A DNA stretch of 64,000 nt from Octopus sinensis (GCF_006345805.1 NC_043015.1:32240001-32304000), one strand, 5' to 3'. Positions 25,812-40,155 are shown, numbered from the stretch's first letter. Notes: generated from the letters alone by a model not told the origin. Numbers and translations are program-made.

Positions 25812-28800
25812 ATGATCAAGATTGGTTGTGTAATGCGCGTGGCTTGGGGTCCCCTTGGAAACAAGGGTACCTCTTAAATGACATAAAGTCACATAAGTTA
25901 GAAATCATAGCCAAGTGAGACCAGACTCCACAATCCGCGGGCCTAAAGACCATGTTTGGCGGACAGTTCAACATTTATTTTTCCCCCTGTCTGCCGAGAA
26001 TGGGCGGTAGTGGCACCGCGGTACTTTTTCACAAGAGTCTGGATCTCAAAGTAAGGACAATATTCGTAGACCGGAGGGTAGATGGTCGTCTGGATGTCGA
26101 CGGCAGCAATGGGTGCGCTTTTCGACTCGTATCAGTCTACGCACCGCCCTTAACAGGTCGGGCGGATTTCTTTCAACGTCTAGAAGTATTCTTGGGAACG
26201 TCTCGTCCTTTACTCTTATTGGGGGATGGATTGGATGCTACTTGGACACGCATGTAGACTACGTGGGTAGAAATAGGAATAGACGGGGATGCAAATGCCT
26301 CAGAGACCTGCTCAGACGCTTTCAACTGTCTGACAGGTTCCGACTAGACCACCCGAATGCGCCAACGTGGACATGGAGCAACCGCATCGGTCGTCGAGAT
26401 CGTATCTAGATAGGATACTGTGTAGGACAGTAGACAGAGATAGCATAGGATGTCCACAATTCCACATAGTCAGCTACACGGATCACAAATTGTGACATGT
26501 ACGCTAGACTTAGGTAAGACACTTAGGCAGGTCCCGGATACTGGAAACTAAACGCGTCTTTCCCATCGAGACAGGTTTTCAGAGACCGGATTAGCACACT
26601 AGTAAAGAGGGCTTTGACGGGAGCCATCATCAACAACAAATGGTGGTTTGCCCTCAAGAGAGCAGTAAAAGCAGAAGCGATTAGGTACAGCAAAGCACTA
26701 GCCATAGATAGAAATAGAGTAGAGGGTGAGCTAGTTAAGAAGCTAGAAGAGGCAATTAGAAGCGGCATCGCATCCGACGTTTTGGCGGCGAGGTGGCCCT
26801 CGACCAACACTTCAACGCCAAACACGAAGGATGGTGCTGTCAGAGCTAGGATGCGTGCTCTAAGGAACGAAGGTGTTGGAGCCGCGAGAGAGGCCCGGGT
26901 GGCAGAGGCGCAACAGGGCAACAAAGCACCATTCGGTCCCTGGTAGATGAACAGGGGCACGAATTGCTCGAGCCAAGTAAAATGTGTGAGGCCTTTCAGC
27001 AGCATTTTGCCCGACTGTTCGGAACGAGTGGAGGGCAAGAACGTAGGGTGGACTTCAGTGCCTACCTACATAGCCTACCACGACTCTCGACAAGAAAGGC
27101 AGGGTGCTGCGAAGGTGCCATCACGGCGGCGGAAGTGCAGGAAGCGATGGCAGAATGCTCGGGGACAAATCACCGGGTTTGGATGGTCTACCCTACGAGC
27201 TTTACAATTGTATGCCAGACTTGTTTGGAGATCTCTTGGCGGCGTGTACTGCAACTGGCAGCAAAACGGGAGCATTCCTGGTTTTGTGAGCCGAGGAGCC
27301 GTAACACTGCTGAAGAAAGATCTAAACAAGGGAAATGTAATAGATAACTTTAGGCCCATCACTCTGCTTAATGCAGACTTGAAAATTTGGCCAAGGTGCT
27401 AGCCAAGAGGTTGGCGCTTGTCATCGAGAAACTGGTCGACAAGGCGCAAACATGCGCCGTGCCAGGCCGGACCATCCATGACAACCTCCACCTGATGCGC
27501 TACATCATAGACAGGGTAGTTAACGAACCTGGCATGGGTGGGGCGCTGATCAATTTGGATCAATCGAAAGCTTTCGATAGGGTGGACCATCGATACTTGG
27601 AGGCGGTCCTCGGAGCGGCTGGCTTCGGTCCCGTCTTCCGCGGCTGGATAGCCGCTTTGTACAGAGGCATCCGTTCGGTAATTCGCGTGAATGGACATCT
27701 ATCGAGACCCTTCGACATCGCACGTTTGGTCCGTCAGGGATGCCCCCTCTCGTCGCTTCTATACGTATTGACTCTCGAGCCATTATTGCGGAAGCTGGCA
27801 ACCTTGAGAGGCATCCCGCGAGAACTGGGATGCGGGACGAGCGTGTCTGCATACGCGGACGACGTCACCGTCATAGGTCTAGCCACGAGCACATCGAGCA
27901 GGTCGGCGGCGAGACACTGAAAAACTACGAAGCGGTGATGACAGGAGCGAAAATCAACCGGGAAAGGTCAGTGGGCTTGCGACTAGGCACCTGGAGAAGC
28001 AAGCCCATGCCGTCCACCAGCGCCTCCGTCGTGGGACGCTGGACCGACGGCCCGGTTGAGTTGCTCGGGGTCTGGTTTGGTCCGGACCTCCAAGTGGAGA
28101 AGAACTGGAACGAGATAACGAGTAGGGTGGTCACTCTCGCGGCAATGGGCCGAGAGGAAACTGTCCCTAAAAGGTCGGGCGGAGCGGTGGCGAACACGTA
28201 CATCGCGTCCGTCATCTACTACCGCCTGACCGTCGTACCTTGTCCCGACCCTACCATCACCAAACTACAACGCATTCTCTTTCGCTTCTTGTAGAAAGGA
28301 TGCGTCCCGATGGTCAGGCGATCCATTTGCTGTCAACACCGTTAAAAGGAGGGCTGGGCATGCCGTGGTTGATGATGCGCAGACACGCGCTGAGACTGCG
28401 ACATCTCTGGCTCTATGTAGACGACGGTGAACAGGTGTGGTCGCCGTTTGTGAGGCACGCTTTCCCGCAGCTCGTCTCCATGACCGACTGCAGTCGTGGA
28501 TCAAAAAGAGGCCGAAGAAGGGCGGAGCACCGCGAGTGTCGCGTTGCTCTCAAGCAACTCCGCCGTCCTGGGTCGACCTTGAGTGACTTCAACACAACCA
28601 AAGCATTCTATAGGGGTTTTAGTGGAGGGGAGATACGACGACGAGCTCGGGGCGAACCTGGACGTCGACGAGGAGTACCTGACCCGCCTGTTCAGGACGA
28701 CTTTCGGGCCAGGGCCCATGGACAACTTCCAGAGATCCCTGGCCTGGCAGTGCTACCGAGAAGCGCTACCCGTTCGGGATAAGCTCTACAGACCGGCTCG

Positions 28801-29222
28801 AGAAACACGGGGCCGACCTGCCCGAGATGCGGTCAGAGCGACGAAACCGTTCTGCACGCACTCGTGCAGTGTCCAACAATTTCCGACCTGTGGGCTTGTG
28901 TCGAACAACTGCTGTCACGTGTGGGACGAGTCGGTTTATCAGCTGAGTCTATCGTTAATATTGTCACGCCTCCCTCCTTCAAACGGGAAGGAAGAGCTAT
29001 TTTCATCATCCTTGTGGCTATGGCGAAAGAATGTATCTGGTGGACGCGTCTGAAGGATTGGAGACAAACACTTTCCTCTCTGGTCAATCTCTCATCAACT
29101 TCTTCAAGTACCACTTGAAAAGGAAAGTGAGAGTAGAGAGGCAAGTTTTGTCTAGCGAATGTTTTAAAAAAAGATGGGTGAATGTAGCAAGAATGGCACG
29201 TATGATGACGAAGCCACCTTGA
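25812..29222 (+). pseudogene. LINE ORF2 (APE endonuclease + reverse transcriptase + CCHC), multiple frameshifts
   Basis: Across frames: MIKIGC..NARGL..SETRL (APE start), FRLVSVYAP, LLLGD, YWKLN, PGLDGLPYELY, FRPITLLNAD, LDQSKAFDRVDH, VRQGCPLSSLLYVLTLEPL, SAYADDVTV, CPRCGQSDETVLHALVQC (~28822-28875). QGCPLS/YADD is characteristic of L1/Tx1. Confidence 0.92.
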
Positions 29223-30052
29223 GCATGATCCTATGAACCCAGAAATTGAAAACAGAGAGTTGCTTATTTGCAAAAAAAAAAAAAAGAAATATAACATGTG
29301 ACTCCATTGACCGAGGTTACCGTGGTCTTTTCCGTAGGCTTTTCTTTCCACGGGTAAACCTCACCTGTCCTCCCCTTTACACTTCATATTGACATTTCTG
29401 TGATAACGATCTCTATTGATCAATTTTTTTTTTTCCTCTCCCCCCTTTTTTTTAATCCCCCTTTTTTTGTCCTCTTTCTCTCCTTTTACGATCCCTTTTG
29501 ATCGAAACTCCCCCTTCCTTTTTTTTTCTTTTTTTTTTAAACCTTCAAAAGAAAAGCTCTACCTTGTAATTTGTTCTATCTGTGTGCAGCCCTGTGTGGC
29601 TAATAAAGAAACATATCTATCCATCCACGCACACACACAGACGTACTCACTTACACACACTTAATATAATCATACTGTGGTACCTACTGACAGCTACATG
29701 GACTGGATTGTCGAGAGACCAATCTACCTAATTTTCTCTTCATAGAACCAGTAAAGTAAATTTTGCCTGTATGTGATGCTGGCAACTGACAAATTTGGCC
29801 GCTGACTATGAAGTATATTGTGGATCATTACTATCATCACTGTATTTATCCTTCATTATATCGGCACACATCAGTACAGTCCCATAAAATTGCTATTGCA
29901 TGTTGGTATTATTAGGCTGTAGTCGACACAATACGAAGAAGCTTTTATATGCGTGCTCAAAAGCGTTTCCCGTAAACGAACTTATGTTTGTGTGTGTATG
30001 TATGTATGTATGTATGTATGTATGTATGTATGTATGTATGTAGTAGGAGTAT

Positions 30053-30093
<41 letters not shown>

Positions 30094-30331
30094 CACATAT
30101 ATATATATATGATGAAATTAACCTCTCTGTCTATATATCTACCCTTTTTGTAATGTTGGCAAATTAAATAAGTATAAAAATGTGCATTGTCCGTTTAATC
30201 ATAAAATTCTATATGTGGCTGAATATTGCTCAACATTTTAAAACTGATGTAATACTTACAGTGTTTAATATAATGAAGTAGCATGAAACGATTGTACTAC
30301 ACTACCTTGGATATCCGTGTTGCTTATTTCG

Positions 30332-30427
<96 letters not shown>

Positions 30428-30549
30428 ACACACACACAAGACACATGCGCTCACACACACACACATGTATAGACAATAGGTGAAAGCTGGATATGTTTCC
30501 AGTATAGAAAACACACAGTAGAGCTCAAAAGGATTTAAGCTTAAACCTC

Positions 30550-30909
30550 CTAGTTCTTCGTCCAGGGAGGGCCCTTATCATCGAGAATTGCTACAACAGG
30601 GATAGAAATCGACCCGAAATTGAAATCACTTACATACCCATGACTTTTTGCAGATTTCATCTGCAATTTATGATTATTGGGATTATCACGTAACTCCGGG
30701 CTTCCTGAAACAGCTGTCGAATTAGGAATGTTCATATTTCCTTCAAATTTTATTCTGTATTTATAGGTTCCGTTGGGAGGACAACTGACTGAAATGTGTA
30801 ACGTAGAGGTTGAAATGAGTGACGAGGAGTGCAGAATTATAAGGATGGCACTTGATGGTTTCGAGGGGGAAGGAGGTTTTGTAGTAGGGGTAGAAGTGAC
30901 AAAGAGAGG
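30550..30909 (-). CDS. Candidate exon/ORF of unknown product (119 open codons; alternative plus-strand exon 30767-30941)
   Basis: Unique sequence, stop-free minus frame, internal acceptor catttcag and donor gtatgt/gtaagt. Unverified. Confidence 0.25.
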   Translation of the reverse strand, partial: PLFVTSTPTTKPPSPSKPSSAILIILHSSSLISTSTLHISVSCPPNGTYKYRIKFEGNMNIPNSTAVSGSPELRDNPNNHKLQMKSAKSHGYVSDFNFGSISIPVVAILDDKGPPWTKN

Positions 30910-31034
30910 TTACAGCACTGTTAACTCGGTTTTTAGACTCGGTAATTATTAACGTCACATGTTCTGATTTCTAATTAGATCAAGAGCTTCACCTTATTAT
31001 GGAATCTTTAAGATAGGAAACAAAAGTGTAAGGT

Positions 31035-31830
<796 letters not shown>

Positions 31831-32367
31831 CAATAAAAGTGACAGCTACAAAATCAACATTAACAAATATGACGTACTTAAGAAGAAAGCAAAAGAAAAG
31901 TAAATTCTAAAAAAAAAAAAAGCCCGAAAAAAACTAAATTTTAAAAATGTTAAGAATAAATTAAAGATGAAGGTACAAAAGTTAGTGCAGAAAAAAAAAA
32001 AACAACAACTTAAAAAAAACGTTAATGATATTTTTGTTGATAATCATTTTTTTTTTATTAAAACGAAAAGTGCGATTTAAAATCTGTGATGGCCGACACA
32101 CTACCTGAAGAGTTCAAATCGATTAGAGTGGACCCTAAAAGTTGCCTGGTGGTTTACTGCATGGTCTCTGAGACAATGAAAAACAGAATCGAATCCCACG
32201 AGACTACGGCTCAGTATACCATTCTTTGACTAAAGTTCTGCTGGGTACGTTAGACTTCTCTTTACTGCAGCAAAATAATTTACCAGTTTTGCAAACATTT
32301 TTATATTTACTAATATTGCACATACAAATCATGACTAGGTACCTTGGACTATTAATAAAAAGCCTAA

Positions 32368-32580
32368 GACGGCGAGCTGGCAGAATCGTTAGCACTCCGG
32401 AAAAAATGCTTGGCGGTATTTCGTTCATCTTTATCTTCTCAGTTCAAATGCCTCCGAGGTCGACTTTGCCTTTCATCCTTTCGGGTTCAATAAAATAAGC
32501 TCCAGTTGAGCAGAGGGGTCGATGTAATCGACTTGCCCTCTCCCCCAAATTTCAGGTCTTGTGTCTATAGTAGAAATGAT
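32368..32580 (+). mobile_element. SINE family B, tail type B3
   Basis: B head and body, tail aaatttcaggtcttgtgtctatagtagaaatgatt. Confidence 0.8.
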
Positions 32581-33544
32581 TGTTCATAAGAGGCCTCACT
32601 TTTGGAGGAAAGGTGTATAGTCGGTCACATCAACTCCAGTACATGACTGTCTCATTATTCAATCGACCCCCACCCAATGATGAAACGCAAAGTTAATGCA
32701 TCTCAATATTTCTCTCTTTCTCTCTCCCTCCTTCCTTCTCTCTTTCTCCAGTTTTCCTGCTCACATCATCGAAATATAAATTCACTGTCATTTCCGTTTT
32801 ACCAAAGACGTACAGAAATCCACTGTGAGAAAAATGCTTTCTATCCTCGTTTCTGTCAATATTTCACTAACCATAATACACAAAGTGAAGCTGAAAGTTC
32901 ACCGAACTGTAACAGTTGAGTAGTTTAGTAATTGAGAACTAGAATGAAAACTAGATTTTCACGGTGACAAAAGATTCCGGAGACAAAGCGTTTGATGTCA
33001 AATAAGTCAGCGTCGAATCATCAATGCCAAAACAGCTTCGCCAAAACGGCTGCACCCAAAAATTTCATACGTTGGGGTGGTACTGGTAGGAGTGTTGATG
33101 GTGATGCTATTATTGTCACCACTCTTGTTAGTCATGTTGTTATTGTTGTTGTTATCACTACTGGTGTCTGCACTGCTATTTTTTATGTCCTTATCGTTAA
33201 ACTTTGTGCCAGAAGACATAAATTGTCATTTGTGGGTATGAAGGAGACGTTTACCCCCCCCCACTTATCTCTGTACATTTGCTTTCTTCGTTTCATATAC
33301 TCTCTTTGTAAATAAACATTTTAAAAATTGATAAATTTTTTACAAGAAATTAGTTGTCAACAAATATATTTAAAGTTGTGTTTATCTCCTCAAATGACAC
33401 CGAGACAATAAAAATACTTCCACTTATCTCTGCACGGCAAATCAGAAACTCTGTGTAACAAAAGTGTAGTAAAAAAAATAAACAAAGCCAACTTAACAAG
33501 TAAGTCTGACAAGTTGTTGAACAACATCAATAACAATTATAATA

Positions 33545-33748
33545 ATAAACCTTTCTACTGAAGGTACGAGGCCTGAAACCGTATGGGAGGGGACCAGTCA
33601 ATTACATCAACCCCAGTGCTCAACTGGTTCTTATTGAAGGGACTGTGAAAGGATGAAAAACACGTCGATTTTGACGGCATTTGAATTGTATTTTCTACTT
33701 CTATGTATTTTTCCGGTGTGCCAAGGATTCTGCCAGCTTGCCGTCTTA
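33545..33748 (-). mobile_element. SINE family B, tail B3
   Basis: cctttctactgaaggtacgaggcctgaaa...ttctgccagcttgccgtc. Confidence 0.75.
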
Positions 33749-33914
33749 ACAACAACAACAACAACAACAACATTATTAATAATAATAATGATATTACGTA
33801 AAACACTTTCAATATGGTAAAAATAAGAGCATCACAACACACCACAGCGCACAGCCAAGACAAGCAGCGCTGCGCTCGGTAGTGCAGTGAAAGCACGTGA
33901 TAAAATTAAGACTA

Positions 33915-33984
<70 letters not shown>

Positions 33985-33985
<1 letters not shown>

Positions 33986-34425
33986 CATGGTACCAAGCCA
34001 GCCAGAAGACCAGCAATTTTGAAGTGAGTGAGCTAGGGGACGTCATCCACCGCAGTACGTAACTGATACTTAATTTTATAGACTTCGGAGGGAAAAAAGG
34101 CAAAGATGAACCCGGCATGATTTGAACTTCGAAGGTAACGATCCGAAACAAATAGCGCAAGGTATTTCTTTTTCCAGCGATCTAATGATTTTGTCAATCT
34201 AACTACCTAACAATAATATTAATGAATTCTTGCATTGGCTCAAGACCAGAAATTTGGTGGAGCGCAAACTAGATTATGTCGACCACGGGATTTGACTGGC
34301 ATTGTATTTCATCGATTACACGAGGACGAAAGCAAAGTCAACCTTGGCGAGTTTTGAACCCAGAATGTAAAGGAGCTGTACTAAATATCGGAAGACATGT
34401 TGTCCGATTCCTTACTACTCTGTCA
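33985..34425 (-). mobile_element. Two tandem old family B SINE copies
   Basis: Each has degenerate gactggca/actgatact...tttgaac motifs. Confidence 0.6.
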
Positions 34426-34721
34426 AATCCTTGGTTGATCTCATGAGGTCTTTTGACACGGTGTAACCTGGTGATTTATTGGAATTCCTTGCCATTATGT
34501 GGTCGTCCACCTATGTTCGTACATATGGGAGCCAACCTTTATCATGTAATGGTGACGCGTGTTAGGAGGAATTAAGACACGTTCACCATTTTCTATCAGA
34601 AATGGTTTTTAACAGGGTTCTTATGTAGCATCTGTTTATTTTCAGTATCATGTTATTTTTTTGTTTTTGTTTTGAATCATGAGACTTTCTCAGAACACAC
34701 ACTCATACACCTAGATCTGGT

Positions 34722-34915
34722 ACTCGGTACAGATATGATAACAAATTGGTCCATCTTCGTTGATTGCAAACAAAAACCAAAGTTAAGCATTCAAGTATTT
34801 GGAAACTGCTGCTTGTAGATGGTTGTGAATTGTTTGCGCAAGTTGAGTCCAGCATTTAAGTACGTATCGATCAATTCTGAAAGGCCTACTACAACTCTGG
34901 TCTCGGTAACAACAC
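34722..34915 (+). pseudogene. RTE/Bov-B-like LINE RT fragment
   Basis: TRYRYDNKLVHLR*LQTKTKVKHSSIWKLLLVDGCELFAQVESSI resembles the RTE pattern IRYRTDGKLFNLRRLQAKTKV...ELLFADDCAL. Confidence 0.7.
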
Positions 34916-35022
34916 GTACTGGTAAGCAAGGTGAGCGCACTTTTGAAACAGGTTATATATTATATATATATATATATATATAATAATATATATATATATA
35001 TATTAAACAGGTTATATATACT

Positions 35023-35068
<46 letters not shown>

Positions 35069-35274
35069 CTATTTATATGCACACATATTTATAAATTATA
35101 TGTAGAATATAATATAATATAATATATATAATATAATATTATATATATATATATAATAAATTAAAAAATAAATATCATATATATATATAGATATACACTT
35201 ATATATATGTGTGTGTGTATAAATATAGACTCATAGACTGATAACAAACTAAACTATCTCTACTACAGCTACTT

Positions 35275-35343
<69 letters not shown>

Positions 35344-35929
35344 TATCAATAATAGTAATAACAGCAACAGTAGTAGTACAAAGATAAAAATGATAAAACG
35401 ATAAAAATAAAAAATAAAACAAGAGAAAAAAATTCCCCTTCTCAAAAAAAAAAGAAAGAGAAGAAAGTGAATCCAAATCAGAGACAGACAATATGTAATG
35501 CATGAAGAACTGTAACTAGCAGGCAATTCCAACAGATAAGCAGAAAACTGTTTCCTTCTTACTTATAATACACCAAAAGCATCAACACAGCCGCCGGCAC
35601 CATCGCCATCATCATCATCATCATCATTAACAATAACAGCTACCATTACTAGCACCAGCAGTGCCACTTGCAGCACCATCCCCGTAACAACCGACACCTA
35701 CACCGCCGTCTCCTTTGTCCAACTGTCAAACGAGGTAATCGGGAAATTTTCTAGCAATTGAATTTCTAAATGGAATTCTTTCCGTTATTTTAGTTTACCA
35801 ATTTTTTTTATTTTCTTCTCAGAGTTCTTCTTCTTTTCCTTCTTATATTCATTCTTCTTTTTTTTTTCATCATCCATATTTTCTTTGGTTTGTATCATAT
35901 GCATGCATGTATATTATATACATAAACTT

Positions 35930-35954
35930 ATTTCTCTCTCTCTCTCTCTCGTTC

Positions 35955-36050
<96 letters not shown>

Positions 36051-36059
36051 CTATCTATG

Positions 36060-36105
<46 letters not shown>

Positions 36106-36114
36106 CCTACCTAC

Positions 36115-36154
<40 letters not shown>

Positions 36155-36377
36155 ATCTATCTGTTATATAGGTGTGTATATATATACATACATATATACA
36201 TATATATATGTATATACATATTGTGTATATACATATTATATATTATATATATAGCATACATATGCATATATATTATATATATATATCAATATCAAGATAC
36301 ATATACATATATATATATATATATACATACATACATATCTATATATATATATATTATATATAAATATATATATATAT

Positions 36378-36430
<53 letters not shown>
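35930..36430. repeat. (TCTA)n/(TA)n array
   Basis: Seen directly. Confidence 0.95.
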
Positions 36431-36432
<2 letters not shown>

Positions 36433-36711
36433 CTGTATATATATTTACACACACAAACGCATACGTATGTGCATATATTACGCATGCATAAACTTATACA
36501 TGTTCATATTAATATGCACATGTTCGTATCTGTATTATAATTTTTCATAATATAATTCTCGAGAGAAGCGATGTATAATAACATGTAGCTAAAATGCGTT
36601 ATGAAGAAAAAAGTGGGCAAAAAGAGAAAAGACGGAAATTTAGTAAAGTTGCGTGGTTAGTTCATTTCACATATAACGCTTGAGTATAAGAAATGAGAAT
36701 AAAGAAATTGT

Positions 36712-36900
36712 AAAGTGGCAGGTATGGCTGAACGGTTAAGAAGTTCGCTTTGCGTCTATGGAACTTCGGGTTTGATTTACGTCCGGGGTAATTTCGATAG
36801 CTGTTTTTTTTTTTTAGCAAGGGCTCAGTTTGTAAGTAAACTTTGACAAATGGAAACTGTGCAGAAGCTTTGTGGGAGACCCTGTCTGTTTTTGATGGCA
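36712..36900 (+). mobile_element. Family A SINE 5' half, old
   Basis: gtatggctgaacggttaagaagttcgct...gggtttgatt...tggaaactgtgcagaagc. Confidence 0.55.
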
Positions 36901-38236
36901 GACTCAATATGTCGCATTTCTTAACGTCGCAACGCGAGCCTTGGTTTCTTCCAGCGGAGTCGATACTGGCAAGCATTCGGGGTCCAGGTCTCCATTCTAA
37001 GGATGCCTTCCTCCATTGCTTCCGCTATCCAGGGGGATCCCTGAAAAAGGTCATGGGTTGCTACTCTTCCTCTTCTGACGTGGACGCAAAAGTTTAAAAA
37101 AAAATGACTGTATTTTGACTCCGTGTGCTTGCTTGATCTGGTAGAACTAGCGGTCAAATCTCCTTCAAATTTCTACCATCTAATCTTTACACACACACAC
37201 AGATGTATGATGCACGCAGTATACTCCTAGATAAACAGGCGGTTGTAGCGATTTTGATCAAAAGTCTTTACGACCAAGGCTGACCTGGAGAGAAACAACT
37301 CCAAATGCAAACAATAAGAACAATAGAAACAAGATAATTTATCAAAGAAAAAATTTTACAGGGACACAGTTTTTATCAGTTCTAAATCTTGAAGTAAGAA
37401 ACATTCTTAATATAATATAAATGTGACGGCGTCTCCGTCAATTGCGACGATGAACATTCAATTCTTAGCCATTCATGGAATTATGATAATGAAAGTGGCA
37501 GAGTATTCTACATAAATTGTTGAATTTAACACACATACACATATACAGACATACATACGTAGATGTATGTTCACATTCCAAGACCGAGTAAAACAAGGAG
37601 CAGGGCTATCATGACATGGCTGCCAGGAATTACTATTCCCTTTTGGACAAGACGTTTTATTTCACAACTTTTTAATGATTTAATACGGGTAGATAGACCA
37701 GTTCTCATGATACTCGCAAGCCCTTCAAGATTAATGGGGAGAAGATCAGAATACTTGTGACAAAGATGACTTCACGAAAAGCACGCCAAGCCGTGTGGCG
37801 GTGTTATACAGAATAGCATATTAAGTCTGCCACCAAGAAACAACGGAAAGAAAGCTAAAATCCATCTGATGGAATAACACACATTTTTCACTTACAATAT
37901 TTCGTTATTCTCTTTTGGTTTCATAAGGAGTAGTTCAAAGAGTAAGGGATATTGTGCACTCAATACTGGATAGTCTGCACTCAATACTGGATAGTCTACT
38001 TTTCCCATTGACTCCTCTCTTCATTAAATCTCACAGTTTGGCCAATTCCTCGTTAAGTTGGAGAAAGGGTAATTTGCAAGCTCCTCTAATATGGTAAAAG
38101 TGCATAGCTTGCTTTTGTGATACGTGAGAGTGGTCAGTGGTAGTACTACACTTGGTTTTTCTGAAAATGTCCACTCAAAATGAAATTCTTTTTCAAAGCA
38201 AAGTGCTTGCAGACGAGATAGTCACATATGAATATA

Positions 38237-38293
<57 letters not shown>

Positions 38294-38362
38294 GAGAGAG
38301 TGACACACATACACACCCACCGACAAAATCACCCCCACAAGCACACACACAAACACACACAA

Positions 38363-38435
<73 letters not shown>

Positions 38436-39019
38436 TATATACATACATGTCATTGTTTTGGCAATTAGCCGTTCGTACATAAATGTGTCCATCTGATGTT
38501 ATAATGAACGATAAAAGGTCAAATTACCGCGTTGTGGAATGGAACCGGAACCACGTAATTAAAACAAAACAAAAAAAAAAAACGATCGTCTTTACATCAC
38601 AACCATTTTAGCTTGCTCATTAAAGGAGGTAAGATTTGAACTCAAAACGTAAACCTTAATCCTTACAGACTGCAAGATAAATTCTCTATTACTCTGCCGT
38701 TCCATATCACTCAACCAACTGACCAACCAACCAACCGACCGACCGACAAACCAACCATATTGCCTAAGTTCACCTAGATGTGATAAATCGCTAGCATAAC
38801 TTTAGTTGAAGCGTTATCTCTCATTGTTCGGCGTGCCGTTTAGCAAATAGGAAAGATATTTCACATCAGCTGAATTAGAGAAATTATTTCACATCAGTTG
38901 ATCGCCGGAGAATCAGGAGCGACAGCAATTTTTACATATCTCTCAGGGACATTTACAGCGAATAAAACCTATCCTGATGACTTCGATTTCGATACTATCT
39001 AATCAAAATCTTGTGGACA

Positions 39020-39047
39020 CACACACACACACACATATTCATATCTG

Positions 39048-39109
<62 letters not shown>

Positions 39110-39332
39110 CACACACACACACATATATAAGTAGGTGAATGAATTATCCTATGTTTATCGTCAGCATGGAAAATTCATTTATATATATATACATGTATTC
39201 ATATATATATATACATATACATACACATACATATATACATATACATATATAAATATACATACATGCATGTATATATAGGTATACATATACATATATATAT
39301 ATATATATATAATACCCACAGATATATATATG

Positions 39333-39364
<32 letters not shown>

Positions 39365-39437
39365 ATAGACATATATATTATATAGATATATATGATACAT
39401 ATATACATGTACATACATATGTACATATACGTACATT

Positions 39438-39473
<36 letters not shown>

Positions 39474-39851
39474 GATATATAATAATGTACTTGTAAAAGA
39501 TAGCAGTATGTACTTGTTCATGATAATCTTAATAATACATAACTAATATGACACAAAACAACATATTCTTCTATCAAAGATAACATAAGCTACATATGTA
39601 TTTTCGCATTTCGGTTTGGTTTTATAGATTTGATTTATTTCCTTTTATGTATATATGTATGTATGTTGTATGCATATAATGGATGTGTATTTGTATGTAT
39701 GTATGTATGTATGTATGTATGTATGTATGTATGTATGTATGTATGTATGTATGTATGTATGTATGTGTGTATACATGCATGTATGCATATAATGTATGTA
39801 TGTATGTATGTATGTATGTAATGTATGTAAGTATAAATGCCTTTAAATACG

Positions 39852-39895
<44 letters not shown>

Positions 39896-40108
39896 TATAA
39901 ATGAATATATGAATGTGTATATGTGTGTGTGTGTGTGCGTATGTACGTACGTACGAATCAATAGTGTGACTACTGTTTTGTATGCATACATATAAGTGAA
40001 TAGATGAATGCCTATATAAAAAGATATATATATGTGTATATATATAAATATGTACGCATATATATATATGTATACATAAATATATTATATAACATATATA
40101 TATGTATA

Positions 40109-40155
<47 letters not shown>

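Larger units (their letters stand above)
24706..29612 (+). mobile_element. Tx1/L1-type non-LTR retrotransposon, near full length, probably 5'-truncated, frameshifted
   Basis: ORF1 with CCHC knuckle, ORF2 with APE, RT and C-terminal CCHC, then a ~390 nt pyrimidine-rich 3' UTR ending AATAAAGAAAC. ORF2 is much more GC/CpG-rich than the flanks. tatctatc occurs at both junctions (24696-24703, 29614-29621) as a candidate TSD. Confidence 0.93.

Noticed and set aside
24858-29351. Minus-strand ORFs within the LINE
   Set aside because: Antisense shadows of GC-rich ORF1/ORF2.
36921-37157. ORF ...RRGRV...WIAEAMEEGILRMETW... as a LINE ORF2 C-terminus
   Set aside because: Only vague resemblance to RTE/L2-type ends; too weak to call without a search.
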